From Octopus vulgaris (taxonomy: Eukaryota): a DNA stretch of 62,000 nt. Below are positions 1 through 13,774 of this stretch, one piece after another. The notes under the pieces are model-generated. The model did no database searches and had not been told where the DNA came from. It worked only from the letters and a program-made list of their open reading frames with translations. Within the stretch, counting starts at the first letter, position 1. Every line of letters starts with the position of its first letter. A program made the translations under genes and the position numbers. The stretch spans positions 39,948,001-40,010,000 of the forward strand of contig OX597834.1 in the NCBI GenBank assembly GCA_951406725.2. Reading direction: 5' to 3'.

Positions 1-419
1 TGTCATAATGACATCATATTTCTATTATTTCTACACATCATATCACTGCATTGTCGACACACAATAACTTCATGACAACCCACAAATAATATTTCTGCAA
101 AGTTTACAAATCAAATTTCTGACATATCCACTCAACATAGCTCTAAAGTAAGTAGACATTACTTAGTGACACCATCCACATGAAACAGCAACAGTCAAGT
201 TTGTGTTAACATATTTAAGGCAGGGAGCCAAAGAAAATTACAGCGCTAACGAGAAATAATGTGGTAAAGAGGAAAACTATATTAATCACTAATGAATATT
301 ATTTTTATTAAAGTAATTTATAAATAAGTTATTTTACTAAATTCTTTGTTATATTTAAAATTAATTAAAAGAAACACAGAGCATCTCAACAGAAATATGG
401 TAATAAATGGGTTAACATA

Positions 420-597
420 GTTCTCCAGGAGATTCAGCATGATATGGAATGTGACAAGGTTGGCCTTTTTGCCAGCTGAGTGAACTGGAACAACATGAAA
501 TAAAGTGTTTTACTCAAGGACACAACACATCGCCAGGAATTGAACTTGCAACCTTACAATCCTGAGCTGAAGACCCTAAGCCAAAATACAAGCCTTC
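420..597 (-). mobile_element. tRNA-headed SINE, family D (diverged, partial)
   Basis: Reverse complement resembles the copies at 19108, 21815 and 28347 (cttgagcaagacactttatttcacgttgctccagtccactcagctggcaaaa core). Confidence 0.7.
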
Positions 598-735
598 ATG
601 TAAAAGACAAGGATGAAGAATAAGTTTCATCTGTTTAAATCTGGAAGCTGAAGGTAATGGAAAGAATTGTGGTAATTCCAAAGAACGAGGATAAGTTTTA
701 GTGAGACTGGGTTTAGAATAGTGAGAGACACTTAC

Positions 736-839
736 GTTTCCCTTTCACAGACATTGGAAGCTGACCGTTTCCTGTCTAATTTGGTAACACTTTTCGTTCT
801 TTTCAGATTGGTGCGTAATCCTTTCTTTGTGAAAAAATG
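736..839 (-). CDS. SYNGAP1/DAB2IP/RASAL2-like: Internal coding exon of a SynGAP/DAB2IP/RASAL2 (raskol/gap-2) family Ras GTPase-activating protein, N-terminal PH-region segment
   Basis: Minus strand: polypyrimidine tract ttttttttcttcttttgcag | CATTTTTTC...GGGAAAC | gtaagt; 104 nt, phase 0 start and phase 2 end. Translates HFFTKKGLRTNLKRTKSVTKLDRKRSASNVCERE. LKRTKSVTKLDR matches the family motif (human SYNGAP1 IKRTKSQPKLDR, fly raskol LKRTKSVTKLER, recalled from memory). Confidence 0.93.
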
Positions 840-982
840 CTGCAAAAGAAGAAAAAAAAAGAAAACAAATTTAAATAGAATAAAAGATAAGTAAAATATA
901 ATAATAATAATATACAAGCAAATAAACACACACACACACACACACATACATCTATACGTTTTTTTATTTTTTACTTTTGCTG

Positions 983-1320
983 GACTGCAGCCAGAGGGGG
1001 GCAATGGCCTAGTGGTTAGACTGCAACCAGAGTGGGGCAATGGCCTAGTGGTTAGCAGCAGACTCACGGTGGAGGGATCGTGGGTTCAAATCTCAGACTG
1101 GGCAATGTGTGTGTTTATGAGTGAAACAACCAAGCTCCATGCAGCTTTGGCAGAAGGTAATGGTGAACTTCTGCTGACTCTTTCGCCACTTCCTTATTTC
1201 ACTCTTTCCTCCAGCATCTTGCGGCTCACCTGCGACGGTCCAGCGTCCCGTCTAGGTGGGGAACCTATACACCAAGGAAACTGGCTCTTATGAGCCAGGC
1301 ATGGCTCAAGAAGGAACAAA
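983..1320 (+). mobile_element. tRNA-headed SINE (family D/E variant) with a 36-bp duplicated 5' head
   Basis: A-box-like TGGCCTAGTGGTTAG twice (983-1018, 1019-1054), B-box GGTTCAAATC; 3' part resembles 45628-45878. Confidence 0.75.
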
Positions 1321-1344
1321 CAGAAAGAGGCAATGTTTTGAAGA

Positions 1345-1628
1345 AGTTTAGTCAAATGAACTGACCCCAGTTTTTCATATTCTTTTTTAAAGCCAAACTG
1401 TTATGATAAGGGGACATAAACACACCAACACCGGCTGTCAAGTAGTGGTGGGTGACAAACACAGACATACATACATGGCAAGCTTCATTCAGTTTACATC
1501 AACCAAATCCAGTCACAATGCTTTGGTTGGTCCAAGGCTATAGTAGAAGACACATCCCCAAGGTGCCGCGCAGTGGGGATTGAACCTGGGATCATGTGTT
1601 TAAATATCAAATGTCTTACTACACAGCA
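1345..1628 (-). mobile_element. SINE family A (tRNA head plus CORE-like ccttgggcaagtgtcttctactatagcc), diverged
   Basis: Homologous to the near-consensus copy at 5941-6364. Confidence 0.8.
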
Positions 1629-1659
<31 letters not shown>

Positions 1660-2388
1660 GGTATAAAAATAAAATCAAGTTTGTATATTGTTTAAAGGGA
1701 AAAAGGATCTTCATAATCTCAGACAAAGTCTTTTGGGAAATGGAAAATGATTTGCACCATGTCTTTTCCTAAATTTCTCTGTTTCCCAAAGAATGACATT
1801 TTCTGAATTGTCCAAACCTTACAGTGATATGATAATTCTTTTATACCAGTAACAACAATTTGTACCAAAACTGACCACCATCAGCCTACATGAATCACAC
1901 ACACACACATTTGAAAGAACAGCAAAAAACAAGATCAATGACATTTCAATATATTCATCCCTACAGCTGATTCAATAATTCTTACATCACATTTACGTAA
2001 GAATTATGTAAAAAACTATATCTTCAAGGAAATATTTTGAGATATGAGCAGAATTCAGATTTTCCCATAGCTTTTTTTTTTTCAATGACAAAAAAAAAGA
2101 TTGATGGAAAAAAAATAAATGAATAAATTAAGATTTAGAATTTAAAGTAAATATAAGAAACCAGAACTTATCTTTTCTGCCAATTATCATATTACATTTA
2201 TTGCAGAACAACAAAGTTGCCCAGCAGGCTATAAAAAGGTAGTAGTAAACACAGAGTGAGAGAGAGAGGATGTCTATCAAACAACATATATATATATGTG
2301 TGTGTATATATATAAAATACATTTTAAACTGTGGAACTTGAATTATTTCACATCTCTCAAAATTTCTAAATTCTTATGACGTAAATGA

Positions 2389-2433
<45 letters not shown>

Positions 2434-3191
2434 CTCACATATATAATACATATAACAATGCACACAATATATAACATCCACACACATACACATATAATAC
2501 TGACATATGCACACACAAATGCACATATATATAACATTCATACATATAACATTCATATACGCACACACATCTATATAAAACATTCATACATGCACACACA
2601 CACACATACAAATACACATATATAACATACACACATGTCTATAACATTCACATACACACACACGTCTATATAAAACATTCATATATGCATAACATTCACA
2701 CACGCAAGCACATACACACAAATACACATATATATAACATTCACACACATATATATATAACATACATATATGCACACCTGTCTATATAAAGCATTCATAT
2801 ATGCACACACATTCTAACATTCACACACGCAAGCACACACACACAAATACATTTTCCTGCTAAAAAAAAGCACAAATCAATCCAAAATATCTTTGTTAAA
2901 TAAGTAAGTATCAAAGAGTAAATTATGGAATCCAAAGAAATGGGTGATGAACTATGTCTGCTGTACGCAATAATTACCAATAATTATTCCAGTGTAAATA
3001 TCAGAAAAAAATGTCTAACTATTGCATGAATTTGGACGAAAGATGATGATAAATGTAATAATTGTTGATCTACATTGTGAATGAGGTTTTTTTTTTAATT
3101 TGTTGCTGATATTTAGTTGTTGTCATGTGACTGTCACCTACCCAAGTAGGTTGAATTCAAGTAAGTATTCACACACTTCAACAAGCATACA

Positions 3192-3715
<524 letters not shown>

Positions 3716-3717
3716 TT

Positions 3718-3885
3718 AACTGATTGGAAGTGTTATCATGTACATTGTTTTGTCTTGGTACAAAAGATAGGCTACAGCAAATATTCTACTCAATGCCACA
3801 GATTTGCTTGTCAGTTGTTTGACCTTAGCCAGTTGAGCATGTCCCTTAGTGGCTGACGATATGTGCATCTTTGATCATGCACCTA
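3718..3885 (+). mobile_element. Dispersed repeat family F fragment (unclassified)
   Basis: aactgattggaagtgttatcatgtacattg...gctgacgatatgtgcatc occurs in reverse complement at ~6835-7142. Confidence 0.75.
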
Positions 3886-4199
3886 TATATTAATGATGTA
3901 CATGACAGGTATACATAATACTGAAATACACATAAAGTAAACACAGGTAACAGGTCATTTCACAGATGCTAAACTATAAATTTCACAAGATACAACCTTG
4001 AAGCTGACACCAGTGTCTCACTATTGGCTAAAAATACAGTTTCTTTCTATTTTTGAAATTCTGTAACTTTTTATTCTAATTTTTTTCTCCACAAGATCGT
4101 GGATTCACAGCAATAAGAGTGGAAAACTACATCAATATAACCAATTTTCAGATTTTTTACTTTAAAAAAAATGCAGATTCTGTGAATCAACTTCACTAG

Positions 4200-4392
4200 A
4201 TCCGTGAAAAAATTTCTAGCTTTAAGGATTTCGTGAAAGGCTTGGCTGGAGGTCAAACCTTCTGAGTTCTTTTACAGGACTTAGAAAAACTGAAGGATCA
4301 CTACAATAAGTCTGGGAATCTGAGAAGGGAATATGTTGACTAAATTCATAATTAACTGATATTCCAGGAACTCTTGCAGCATCCCTTTGTAT
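4200..4392 (+). mobile_element. Degenerate mariner-derived MITE
   Basis: Similar to 42301-42520 (cttagaaaaactgaagga...aatctgagaaggg(g)aatatgttga); right TIR remnant ccaggaactcttgcagcatccctttgta. Confidence 0.65.
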
Positions 4393-4759
4393 TTTGTTTT
4401 ACCAGGAAACAAATTATCTTTTTTCTATAAGAAATCAAATTTAATTACACGTAAACACCAGAGGATAGATGAGGTAAAAACCACGTGATTTTATTTATAT
4501 TTTATTCATTTTCTTTAATGGTTTTTTTTTTTTGGATAGTATTTAGAACATTCTAGAGGGAAGCTTAACTAAAGAATATTACATTTTTTATTGTTTTTGA
4601 AGCTAACTTGCTCAGCTATCCTTTCCTCTCCATTCGTTTTGGCATTCATTTGTATTCAATAATGAACACCAATAAATTATATACCAGTTTTGGTATTGGA
4701 AGCACATCACTGTAAAGGCAATCCACATAAAAATCACCTACCTGCCTTCCTACCTTTCT

Positions 4760-4917
4760 ATTAGACTATCTATCTAGCTAACAGTCCATTGATCCAGTGA
4801 ACAATTTATCTATCAGTCTCTCTACCTATCTAGCAGTCACTCTACCTAGTTTTCTGTCTATCTACCTATCTATCAAGCAATCTGTCAGTCTATCAATTTA
4901 TCTACCTATCAAATAAT

Positions 4918-4973
<56 letters not shown>

Positions 4974-5032
4974 ATCTTTCACTATCTATTTATCAGTCTA
5001 ACTTTCTATCTCTCAGTCTATTAGTCTCTTTC

Positions 5033-5067
<35 letters not shown>

Positions 5068-5160
5068 GTCTGTCTATTTGCCTGTACTTCTATCAACCTT
5101 TCTATATACCAATATATCTATCTTCCTATATATGAATGTAATCCATCTATCTATCTATCC

Positions 5161-5215
<55 letters not shown>

Positions 5216-5292
5216 CATCTGTCTATCCATCTATCTATCCCTCTAGCTATCTATCAGTCTACCCAGCTATCCATCAAGCTATCAATTACTCC

Positions 5293-5353
<61 letters not shown>

Positions 5354-5590
5354 CCTATCTATCTCTCTATCTATTTGCCTGTACTTCTATCAATCTTTCT
5401 ATCTACCAATATATCTATCTTCCTATATATGAATGTAATCCATCTGTCTATCTATCTATCTATATATCTATCTATCTATCTATCTATCCATCTATCTATC
5501 CATCTATCTATCTATCAGTCTACCCATCTATCAATCAAGCTATCAATTACTCCATCTATCCATCCATCCATCTATCTATCCTCTTATCTT
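4760..5590. repeat. (TATC)n / GATA-type tetranucleotide array with an internal 297-bp duplication
   Basis: atttgcctgtacttctatcaa... starts at both 5076 and 5373. Confidence 0.95.
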
Positions 5591-5940
5591 TCATATCTCT
5601 ACACACATAATACACTTTAAAATAATCTCTAACACACACCACATACAACAGATCAGATCAAACTATAATTATACAAAAGAGAAAAAAAAGTCAAATTAGA
5701 TAAATGATTGAAAATAAGAAAATAACATAAAAAAAACAAAAACCAGAACAACAAAAAATAAACTCACAAAATAAATCACATGAATATTTTAGTAATGACT
5801 CTTTAGAATTGGTGATTCCAATCCTTGGGTTTATTGCTGTGAATTTCCAATTAAAACTGCCTAAGATCTATAAAGTTGGTCATTAACTATTTTAACCCCT
5901 TGGCCGTCACATTATTCTCTCAAAAGTAATGCTTGTTTTT

Positions 5941-6364
5941 CTCTCTCTTTTCTCTTTTAGTTGTTTCAGTCATTTGACTGCGGCCATGCTGGAGCACCGC
6001 CTTTAGTCGAGCACATCGACCCCCAGGACTTATTCTTTGTAAGCCTAGTACTTATTTCTATCAGTCTCTTTTTGCCGAACTGCTAAGTTACGGGGACGTA
6101 AACACACCGGCATCGGTTGTCAAGCGATGATGGAGGGAGCGGGGAAGGAGAACACAGACACACAAATACATACACACACATACACGTATATATACATATA
6201 TACGACGGGCTTCTTTCAGTTTCCGTCTACTAAATCCACTCACAAGGTTTTGGTCGGTCCGAGGCTATAGTAGAAGACACTTGCCCAAGGTGCTATGCAG
6301 TGGGACTGAACCCGGAACCATGTGGTTCGTAAGCAAGCTACTTACCACACAGCCACTCCTATGC
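5941..6364 (-). mobile_element. Full-length SINE family A
   Basis: Head ggagtggctgtgtggtaag...ggttcagtccc, CORE-like block, central (TG/TA)n, tail gactgaaacaactaaaagagaaaagag; more than 25 related copies or fragments in the window. Confidence 0.9.
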
Positions 6365-6605
6365 ACATTGTTTTGAATTAATCTTGCATTTATCTTGCAG
6401 CTTTGAGAATTTTATGAGGTAGCTGTTAATTTTTAGAATGACATTGTAGGGTTGGTGTGAGAAGCCAGATCTGAACATGCATAAGAACAAATACAGGCAG
6501 AATATTTTGGCCAGACATGACCGGTTTAATTAACCCTTTAAAAGATTACTCTGTCAAATCGTAACGCTTATTAATTCACTTAGTTTTGAATTAATCATGC
6601 ATTAG
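6365..6605 (+). mobile_element. TTAA-CCCTT-type (piggyBac-like) MITE pieces, interrupted by the SINE at 5941-6364
   Basis: 5' end ttaacccctt at ~5890 continues as acattgttttgaattaatc at 6365; a second copy starts ttaacccttta at ~6530. Confidence 0.55.
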
Positions 6606-6834
6606 GCATAGGAGTGGCTGTGTGGTAAGTAGCTTGCTTACCAACCACATGGTTCCGGGTTCAGAAGAAAATGGAAGGAATCCAGAAGTAGTATTCATTA
6701 GCTGTTAGACATTATAATATTTCTATTCATTTATTTTAAACAGTTCAGATAATATACAAATACACGTGTAAAGTATTAGTAATTTCTAGAATAGAGAAAA
6801 GAGAAAGATAAGCAAGAAGATATATACATACATA

Positions 6835-7142
6835 GGTATGTTGAATGAAACACCCATGTTTCCAGAGGTGATTTATTCAAACCCCCAAAGAATCCTTCTA
6901 AACACATGGCTATGATGTTCCCCCACTACTTCTGCTCGTGATCAGAGATGCACATATCGTCAGCCACCAAGGGACATGCTCAACTGGTTAAGGTCAAACA
7001 ACTGACAAACAAATCTGTGATATTGAGCAGAATATTTGCTGCAGCCCATCTTTTATACCAAGACTAAACAATGTACATAACACTTCCAATCAGTTCAGAT
7101 CAGAAGCCACGAGAGCCACTGCCTGGGACTGCATCAGGGCAT
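6835..7142 (-). mobile_element. Dispersed repeat family F
   Basis: Inverted relative to 3718-3885. Confidence 0.75.
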
Positions 7143-7374
7143 TATTATCATTACTATTATTATTATTATAATTAATATTATTGTTGTTATTATTATTATT
7201 ATTATCATCATTATTTTATTTCTATTCTATTTTGGTAAGCAATATATTTGGGAAATATATATATATTTTAACAATATATGAAATTTAAAAATAGAAACAA
7301 TACAAAATAGAAGAATCCGTATACATATATTTATACATACACACATATACGTGTATGTGTGTATATATATATAT

Positions 7375-7413
<39 letters not shown>

Positions 7414-7814
7414 CACACACGCACAAATCTATATATGCACAAACACACACTCAGAGTAGATTTATTCGATATTCAATGAATTTTATTTCATTTCATGATA
7501 TGGTGATGAAATGAGTTATTAAATCACAAAGAGACGAGGGGAAAAAAAATCAATGAAAAACAAAAGTTAAACGTGAGGGGGGAAAAAAAAAACCATTTAA
7601 TTTTTCTTTTTTTGTATATTTATTTTAATTTCTTTTTCTTTTTTTTTTTCAATATAGTCGAAGATGGAAGCAAAAGGTGGGATTCTGAAATGATCCGTTG
7701 CTATGGATATTATGTATTGATGGCTAATCATAAGACACGTAAGACATTGCAATTCATTTGATCTGTTATGCCATGTGGAAAATTTAAAGATTACATGATT
7801 GGTAGAACAATGGA

Positions 7815-7815
7815 G

Positions 7816-7850
<35 letters not shown>

Positions 7851-7930
7851 GGTGGTGGTGGTGGTGGTGGTGGTGGTGGTGGTAGAAGTTAGTAGTAGTA
7901 GTGGTGGTGGTGGTGGTGGTGGTGGTGGTG

Positions 7931-7977
<47 letters not shown>

Positions 7978-8085
7978 GGTGGTGGTGGTAGTAGTAGTAG
8001 TAGTAGTGGTGGTGGTGGTGGTGGTGGTGGTGGTGGTGGTAGTAGTAGTGAGAACAATAATGATGATGATGATGATGATGATGCG
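7815..8085. repeat. (GTA)/(GTG)/(GAT) compound trinucleotide repeat
   Basis: Direct inspection. Confidence 0.95.
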
Positions 8086-8216
8086 AAAAAAATGTTGGCG
8101 GTGGGGGTATAGAACATTTGAAACAAACTTTTAGATTTAATATTTTTGATTCCTTATATTATGTTCTAGAATCAAAGAGAGATGATAATCAATAATCTAT
8201 GTGTACACACACACAC

Positions 8217-8254
<38 letters not shown>

Positions 8255-8392
8255 GTGTGTGTGTGTGTGTATATAAATGTATACACACACATACATATAT
8301 GCATATGTGTGTCTATATATACACACATATATACATACATGTGTATGTGTGTATATATAATACACATATGTGTGTGTGTATGTGTGTGAGTG

Positions 8393-8426
<34 letters not shown>

Positions 8427-8505
8427 TACACTGTGTGTATGTCTGTATGTGAATGTGTATGTATATATATATATATATATACACACACATGTATACATAT
8501 ATGCC

Positions 8506-8554
<49 letters not shown>

Positions 8555-8586
8555 CCTCTTAGGGCATGGTCAGGGTGTCGCCAAGT

Positions 8587-8645
<59 letters not shown>

Positions 8646-9559
8646 CTAAGTACTTTGGTTTCAAACAAAAATTTTGTGTCCTTCAGTTTTAATGAAATAA
8701 CATTTTAGCTTAGAACTCTTTCATAAAATACACACACACACACATACACATATATATATTTATATATATAAATGTATATATAAATGTGTGTGTGTGTGTG
8801 TGCATGTACATTTATATATATATTTTTCGGATTGGCTTTGTATCAACCAGAAGATCTTTACTCTATTCGGTACCGGAAAATCAAAGACATTTACTGTTTT
8901 GTGTCGACAACAAACTACTGAGCGTGCAAAACACTAAGATATTCTTGATGTTGGTTGCACGCAAAAACATCACCACCATCACCATCATGTTTTTTTTTAT
9001 CACCATTTTTCTATGCCTGCTTGGGATCGTTCCTACAGTGTCTTGTCACCTTGTTATCAGTTCTCTATCATCTGGCCCACACAGCAACAGAAAAAAGAAA
9101 GAAGGACAAAAAAAAAAACCCGACCATTATTTTTCTTGTTATTAGACCTATTCTGTTGTTTTGGTATGGTTCACATGACCATCACCAACCACTCCATGGA
9201 TTGGCTTGTTATTTTATTGATGAACAAACCACACTGCTTGTATGACAGTGATACTCATTTACAACTATCATATGATGTCAAGACAAGGAGGTAGCAACAC
9301 AGACATGCATATATATATATGTAGTTGTAGTTGAACCAGAGATTTAAAAGAAGACACTTGCCCAAGGTCCCATGCGGTGAGACTGAACACAGAGTCAGGT
9401 GACTGGAAGGCAAACTTCTTACCACACACCCACCCTGCACCTATCTGATATACATATGTGTGTGTGTGTGTATGTACCTACACTGCAGCAAGGTACCTGT
9501 TTCTGTTTTTCTTTTATACTCTAACTGTTCTACACCTGGCACAAAACCACCTCCCTAAA

Positions 9560-9790
9560 TACTGCATCCACACTCTGTCAAGGGGTCCTGTCTTGCAAGT
9601 TACTCAGCGACCTCACTGGTGCTGGTGCCACAAAAGAAAAAAAAAACAAACATTAGAAACCTTACCAAAGCAAATGTTAGAGACCAGCATAGCCCTCTGG
9701 TTAATCAGATCCTGTTAAACCGTCCAACCCATGACAGCATGGAATACAGACATCAAATGACGATGATGAAGAAGATGAAGATGATGACTG
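9560..9790 (+). mobile_element. (GAT)n-tailed retroposon 3' end (family C, probably RTE-related)
   Basis: aaccgtccaacccatgacagcatggaa...gatgatga tail shared with 57417-57480 and 60810-60985. Confidence 0.7.
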
Positions 9791-10224
9791 CTATTAAATC
9801 ACTTTATTCTTGTAATTTTAGCTTTTCACTCGAACGTGACATCCTGCTTAGAATAATGATACAAAACTAAAGTAGCTATCGTTTAATCTCCCCAAATCAG
9901 TTGTGACTAAGCAGAAATATGATCAAAGACATTCAAGTCTTGCCCATCCTGTATTTTATTCAGACATAGTGTAGCTAAGAGTACATTAGTCAATGTATTC
10001 CCCACCACCTCTTTATTACAATGGTGGAATTTTGATTTTTGGTTACTATTTCTAGCAACTCAGGCAACAGGAGGTGTCTTAAATAGTTCGTAGTAGTAGT
10101 AGTAGTTGTTTAGTCCCAGATCTGCTGTGATCCAGCTGACCTATGAGCAAAGACCTTCCAGCAATGACTAACCCGTTTTATTTGAAGACATAGTCTATTT
10201 AGAATTATGTTGGGCAGGCTCACA

Positions 10225-10533
10225 AAATCAAGGGGAAAAAAGCCAACATTGCACCCATGACTCTCAGAAACACTTTTCCATGCTCGCAATTGCTGAAGCA
10301 TGGAATAAACTATCCACATCAGTTCTTAGCTGTTGGGACCCTACATCCTTCAGAACTTCCATGCTCCCCCAAAAAACAGCATGCCTGACACCCACACCTT
10401 TTTTTTATAGCCACTCATTCCCTGCTCCCTTCCTGTGCATTATTCTATATGCTGTTCATGCACTTTTAGCTACTTTATCCGATGGGTTGTGGTGCACCTG
10501 AACACTGTATACAATAAGTTTGTTATTGTTTTA
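10225..10533 (+). mobile_element. CR1/L2-type LINE 3' terminal fragment
   Basis: Frame HFSMLAIAEAWNKLSTSVLSCWDPTSFRTSM resembles the CR1 ORF2 C-terminus (FF..RV..AWN.LP..VV); ends in an ATT-rich tail; second fragment at ~54495-54590. Confidence 0.7.
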
Positions 10534-10790
10534 TTACATCCGCCTTAGCGGAGGTGAAGGTATTGTTTTCAGTCATGTTTGTTTGTCCATGGACAAGATA
10601 TCTCAAGAACCGTGGGATGGATTCAGTTGAACCTTTCAAGGATGTTTGGTCACATGACTGGCACAAACTCATTAGATTTTGGAATTAATTTGGTACCAGA
10701 CAAGGATATTTACTCTTCCTGTTTTTTTCACTAAATTTTTGAGAGCGGTCGGATTCATTTTTAGTATCCTCATTATATGTTTTGCCTGTT
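10534..10790 (+). mobile_element. Helentron/HINE (DINE-1-like) non-autonomous element, 5' part
   Basis: ttacatccgccttagcggagg...tgtttgtttgtcc...atctcaagaaccgtgggatggatt...attagattttgg resembles HINE layouts recalled from fish and molluscs. Confidence 0.5.
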
Positions 10791-10829
10791 TCAAGTGTGA
10801 TGTTCAGTAAATGGGTGTATCCATGTAAA

Positions 10830-11520
10830 ATGACAGATTTACTCCACCATCAGTCAAGTTTTGTGAAGATCCTCAAGAGATTGGAGAAGTAATCCACCAT
10901 CAAAGAAGCTTTATAAAGATCTATATGAGATAAAAGACTTATACTCCACAGTTAAATTTTGCAAAGATCCATGTAAGATCGGAGAAGTGTACTCCACCGT
11001 CAAATGGATTTTGTAAAGGTCCATAGGAGATAAGAGAAATGTATTTCACCATCAAACGGATTTTGTAAAGGTCCATGTAAGATAGGAGAAGTGTACTCCA
11101 CCGTCAAATGGATTTTGTAAAGGTCCATAGGAGATAAGAGAAATGTACTCTACCATCAAATAGATTTTGTAAAGGTCCATGGGAGATAGGAAAAATGTAC
11201 TCCCCCGTCAAATGGATTTTGTAAAGGTCCATGTGAGATAGGAGGAATGTACTCTACCGTCAAATGGATTTTGTAAAGGTCCATAGGAGATAAGAGAAAT
11301 GTACTCTACCGTCAAATGGATTTTGTAAAGGTCCATAGGAGATAGGAAAAATGTACTCCCCCGTCAAATGGATTTTGTAAAGGTCCATTTGAGATAGGAG
11401 GAATGTACTCCACCGTCAAAGGATTTTGAAATGGTCCATAGGAGATAGAAATGTACTCTTCTGTCAAATGGATTTTGTAAAGGCCCACGTGAGACAGAGG
11501 AGATGTACTCTACTGTCAGA
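10830..11520. repeat. 52-bp tandem minisatellite, ~13 copies
   Basis: Unit tgtactccaccgtcaaatggattttgtaaaggtccataggagataagagaaa starts at 10988, 11040, 11092 and onward; edges diverged. Confidence 0.95.
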
Positions 11521-11960
11521 CAAATCTGGTAATAGTTCAACAGCTGGGCTTGTAGTATTTACTTGTTCCAAACAGGAAATCCATCTTTTGGTGATCGACT
11601 TTAGTGCCCTATTAACTCATACCATCAGCCATCACCAAGCTCCTTCTTCCCCTACACCCACACCACCACCACCATTCCTGCAATGCTCTGTCCTGTCTGT
11701 CACATGACTGACACACTTTCATTGTCTTTCAATTTCAGGAAATGGACATATGGTAACACTGGAAAAACAAAAAAAAATAACACAGGACGTGCTTACATTT
11801 TCTTCCCCCACCCCACCCCACCACCACTTTATTCTTTTTTTTCTTCTTTCTTTTCGAAATTGGTGAACTTCAAAACTAACAACATCGAGATAATAACAGA
11901 AGACCTCGAAATTATTGAAGGACAAAAAAAAAAATAATAAATAAAATTGTAAACAACATA

Positions 11961-12255
11961 TAAGCGCAGACATGGCTGTGTGGCCAGAAGCTTGCTTCCC
12001 TACCTCACAGTTCCGGGTTCAGTCCCACTGCGTGACACCTTGGGCAAGTGTCTTCTACTATAGCCTCAGGCCAACCAAAGCCTTGTCAGTGGATTTGGTA
12101 GATGGAAACTGAAAGAAGCCTGTCGCATATATGTGTGTGTGTGTGTATATGTATTTGTCCCTCAACATTGCTTGACAACCAATGTTGCTGTGTTTACATC
12201 CCCCCATAACTTAGCAGTTCAGCAAAAGAGACCGATAGCATAAGTAATAGGCTGA
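11961..12255 (+). mobile_element. SINE family A
   Basis: catggctgtgtggcc...ggttcagtcccactgcgtgacaccttgggcaagtgtcttctactatagcc. Confidence 0.88.
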
Positions 12256-12492
12256 GTGCTCCACAGACATGCACACAGTTGAGGTAGTTCTCAGGGAGGT
12301 TCAGCATGACACAGAATGTAACAAGGCTGGTGCCCTTTGAATTAAAGGTGCAACTCCTTTCTTTGCCAGCTGAATGAACTGAAGCAACATAAAATAAAGT
12401 GTCTTACTCAAGGACACAATATGCTGTCAGGAATCGAACTCACAATTTTACAATCATGAGCTAAATACCCTAACGTCTAAGCCAGGCACCTT
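12256..12492 (-). mobile_element. SINE family D
   Basis: Reverse complement of the family D core and head. Confidence 0.75.
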
Positions 12493-12602
12493 TACTCCTA
12501 GTCCATAACTTTTGAGCAAAAATACAACTAGTCTCGCCGAGAAATCCTCCTCTCGAAATTTGAAATCTACCCTAAACAGTGGCCAATTTCAGGCATTATT
12601 AA

Positions 12603-12815
12603 CCCTTTCGTTACCGTATTTATTTTGAGATGTTCTGTGTTTCTTTCAATTAATTTTAAATATGACAAAGAATTTAGTAAAATAACTTTAAGCTAGTGTT
12701 GGGAGCATAAATTGTGACTTAGGTTTGGTGAAAGATTTTAATTCAGAACTTTTGGAAACAAGACATTTCTACTACAGAATGAGAGGCAGTTTCAGGTGGA
12801 TTGGTACCAAAAGGG
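12603..12815 (+). mobile_element. piggyBac-type MITE with TTAA target duplications
   Basis: TTAA|CCCTTTCGTTACC...GGTACCAAAAGGG|TTAA; related copies at 17162-17383, 17415-17588, ~325-416 and ~38100-38165. Confidence 0.8.
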
Positions 12816-13774
12816 TTAAATGACTTAGAAACTTTGCCTCACCACTCTTGAAGATGGAGCAAAATGCCAGGAAGCTTTGAATCAATAATGGAGGAAGTTA
12901 TTTTGAAGAATTCAACAAGGATTAACTTGCATAGAAACGCAGTAAGTTTGTTTTGGTTTTAAAATTTTGCTTCTTCATTAACAGACCTTGTGTGTGGGTG
13001 TGTGTGTGTGTGTGTGTGCGTGTGTGTGTGTGTGTGGCGGCATGTGTGTGTGTGTCTGTATACTGTCTGTATACTGCTACACACAACTGCACATATCTAT
13101 ACATGCACAGGTGTGTATGTGTATATACAACCACACACACACCAGTGCACATTTAGATATGTATATGCATGTATGAGTATGCTTATGTATGAGTGTGCGT
13201 GTACACATACCTACACACCCATACATATGTAAACATTTACATATATGTATGTATACATTTATACATATATATATACATACGCACACACATACATATATGT
13301 ATAAATATATATATATATACACACATACACATTTATATATACATATAGATTTATATAATATATATTTATATATATATGTATATATATACATATATATATA
13401 TTATATACACACACACACACACTCATATATTCATATATATACATTTTTTTCTATACATATACACACATTGATATATACATACATACACACATATATACAC
13501 ACACATATACATAACAGTAAAGAGAATAAGTAAGAGAGATAGAAGCCAGGAAAATACAAGAAAATGAGATAAAATATAACATTGAAATAAGGGAGGTGGG
13601 GGAGTTGTGCGTTACATAATTTAGTTGCTTCGTTAAGAATTTGTAATTAGAATGAATTATAGTAGGAAATATTAGAAGAATGGATGCATAACGAGCACTA
13701 CAGTAAAATGAAGAATATACACTGAGGTTGAGATGACCTGAATATAACATTCTATAGATATATATTCTAGATAT

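Noticed and set aside
8922-8962. GCGTGCAA...TTGCACGC hairpin as a miRNA precursor
   Set aside because: Only ~41 nt with an interrupted stem and no flanking pairing
10830-11520. CRISPR-like repeat/spacer array
   Set aside because: The variable parts are homologous to each other, only ~15 bp, the DNA is eukaryotic and there are no cas genes
11719-11973. 84-aa minus ORF with a phase-0 AAT|GTAAGC donor
   Set aside because: Starts inside an antisense SINE and crosses poly-T runs; no credible acceptor or protein-like composition
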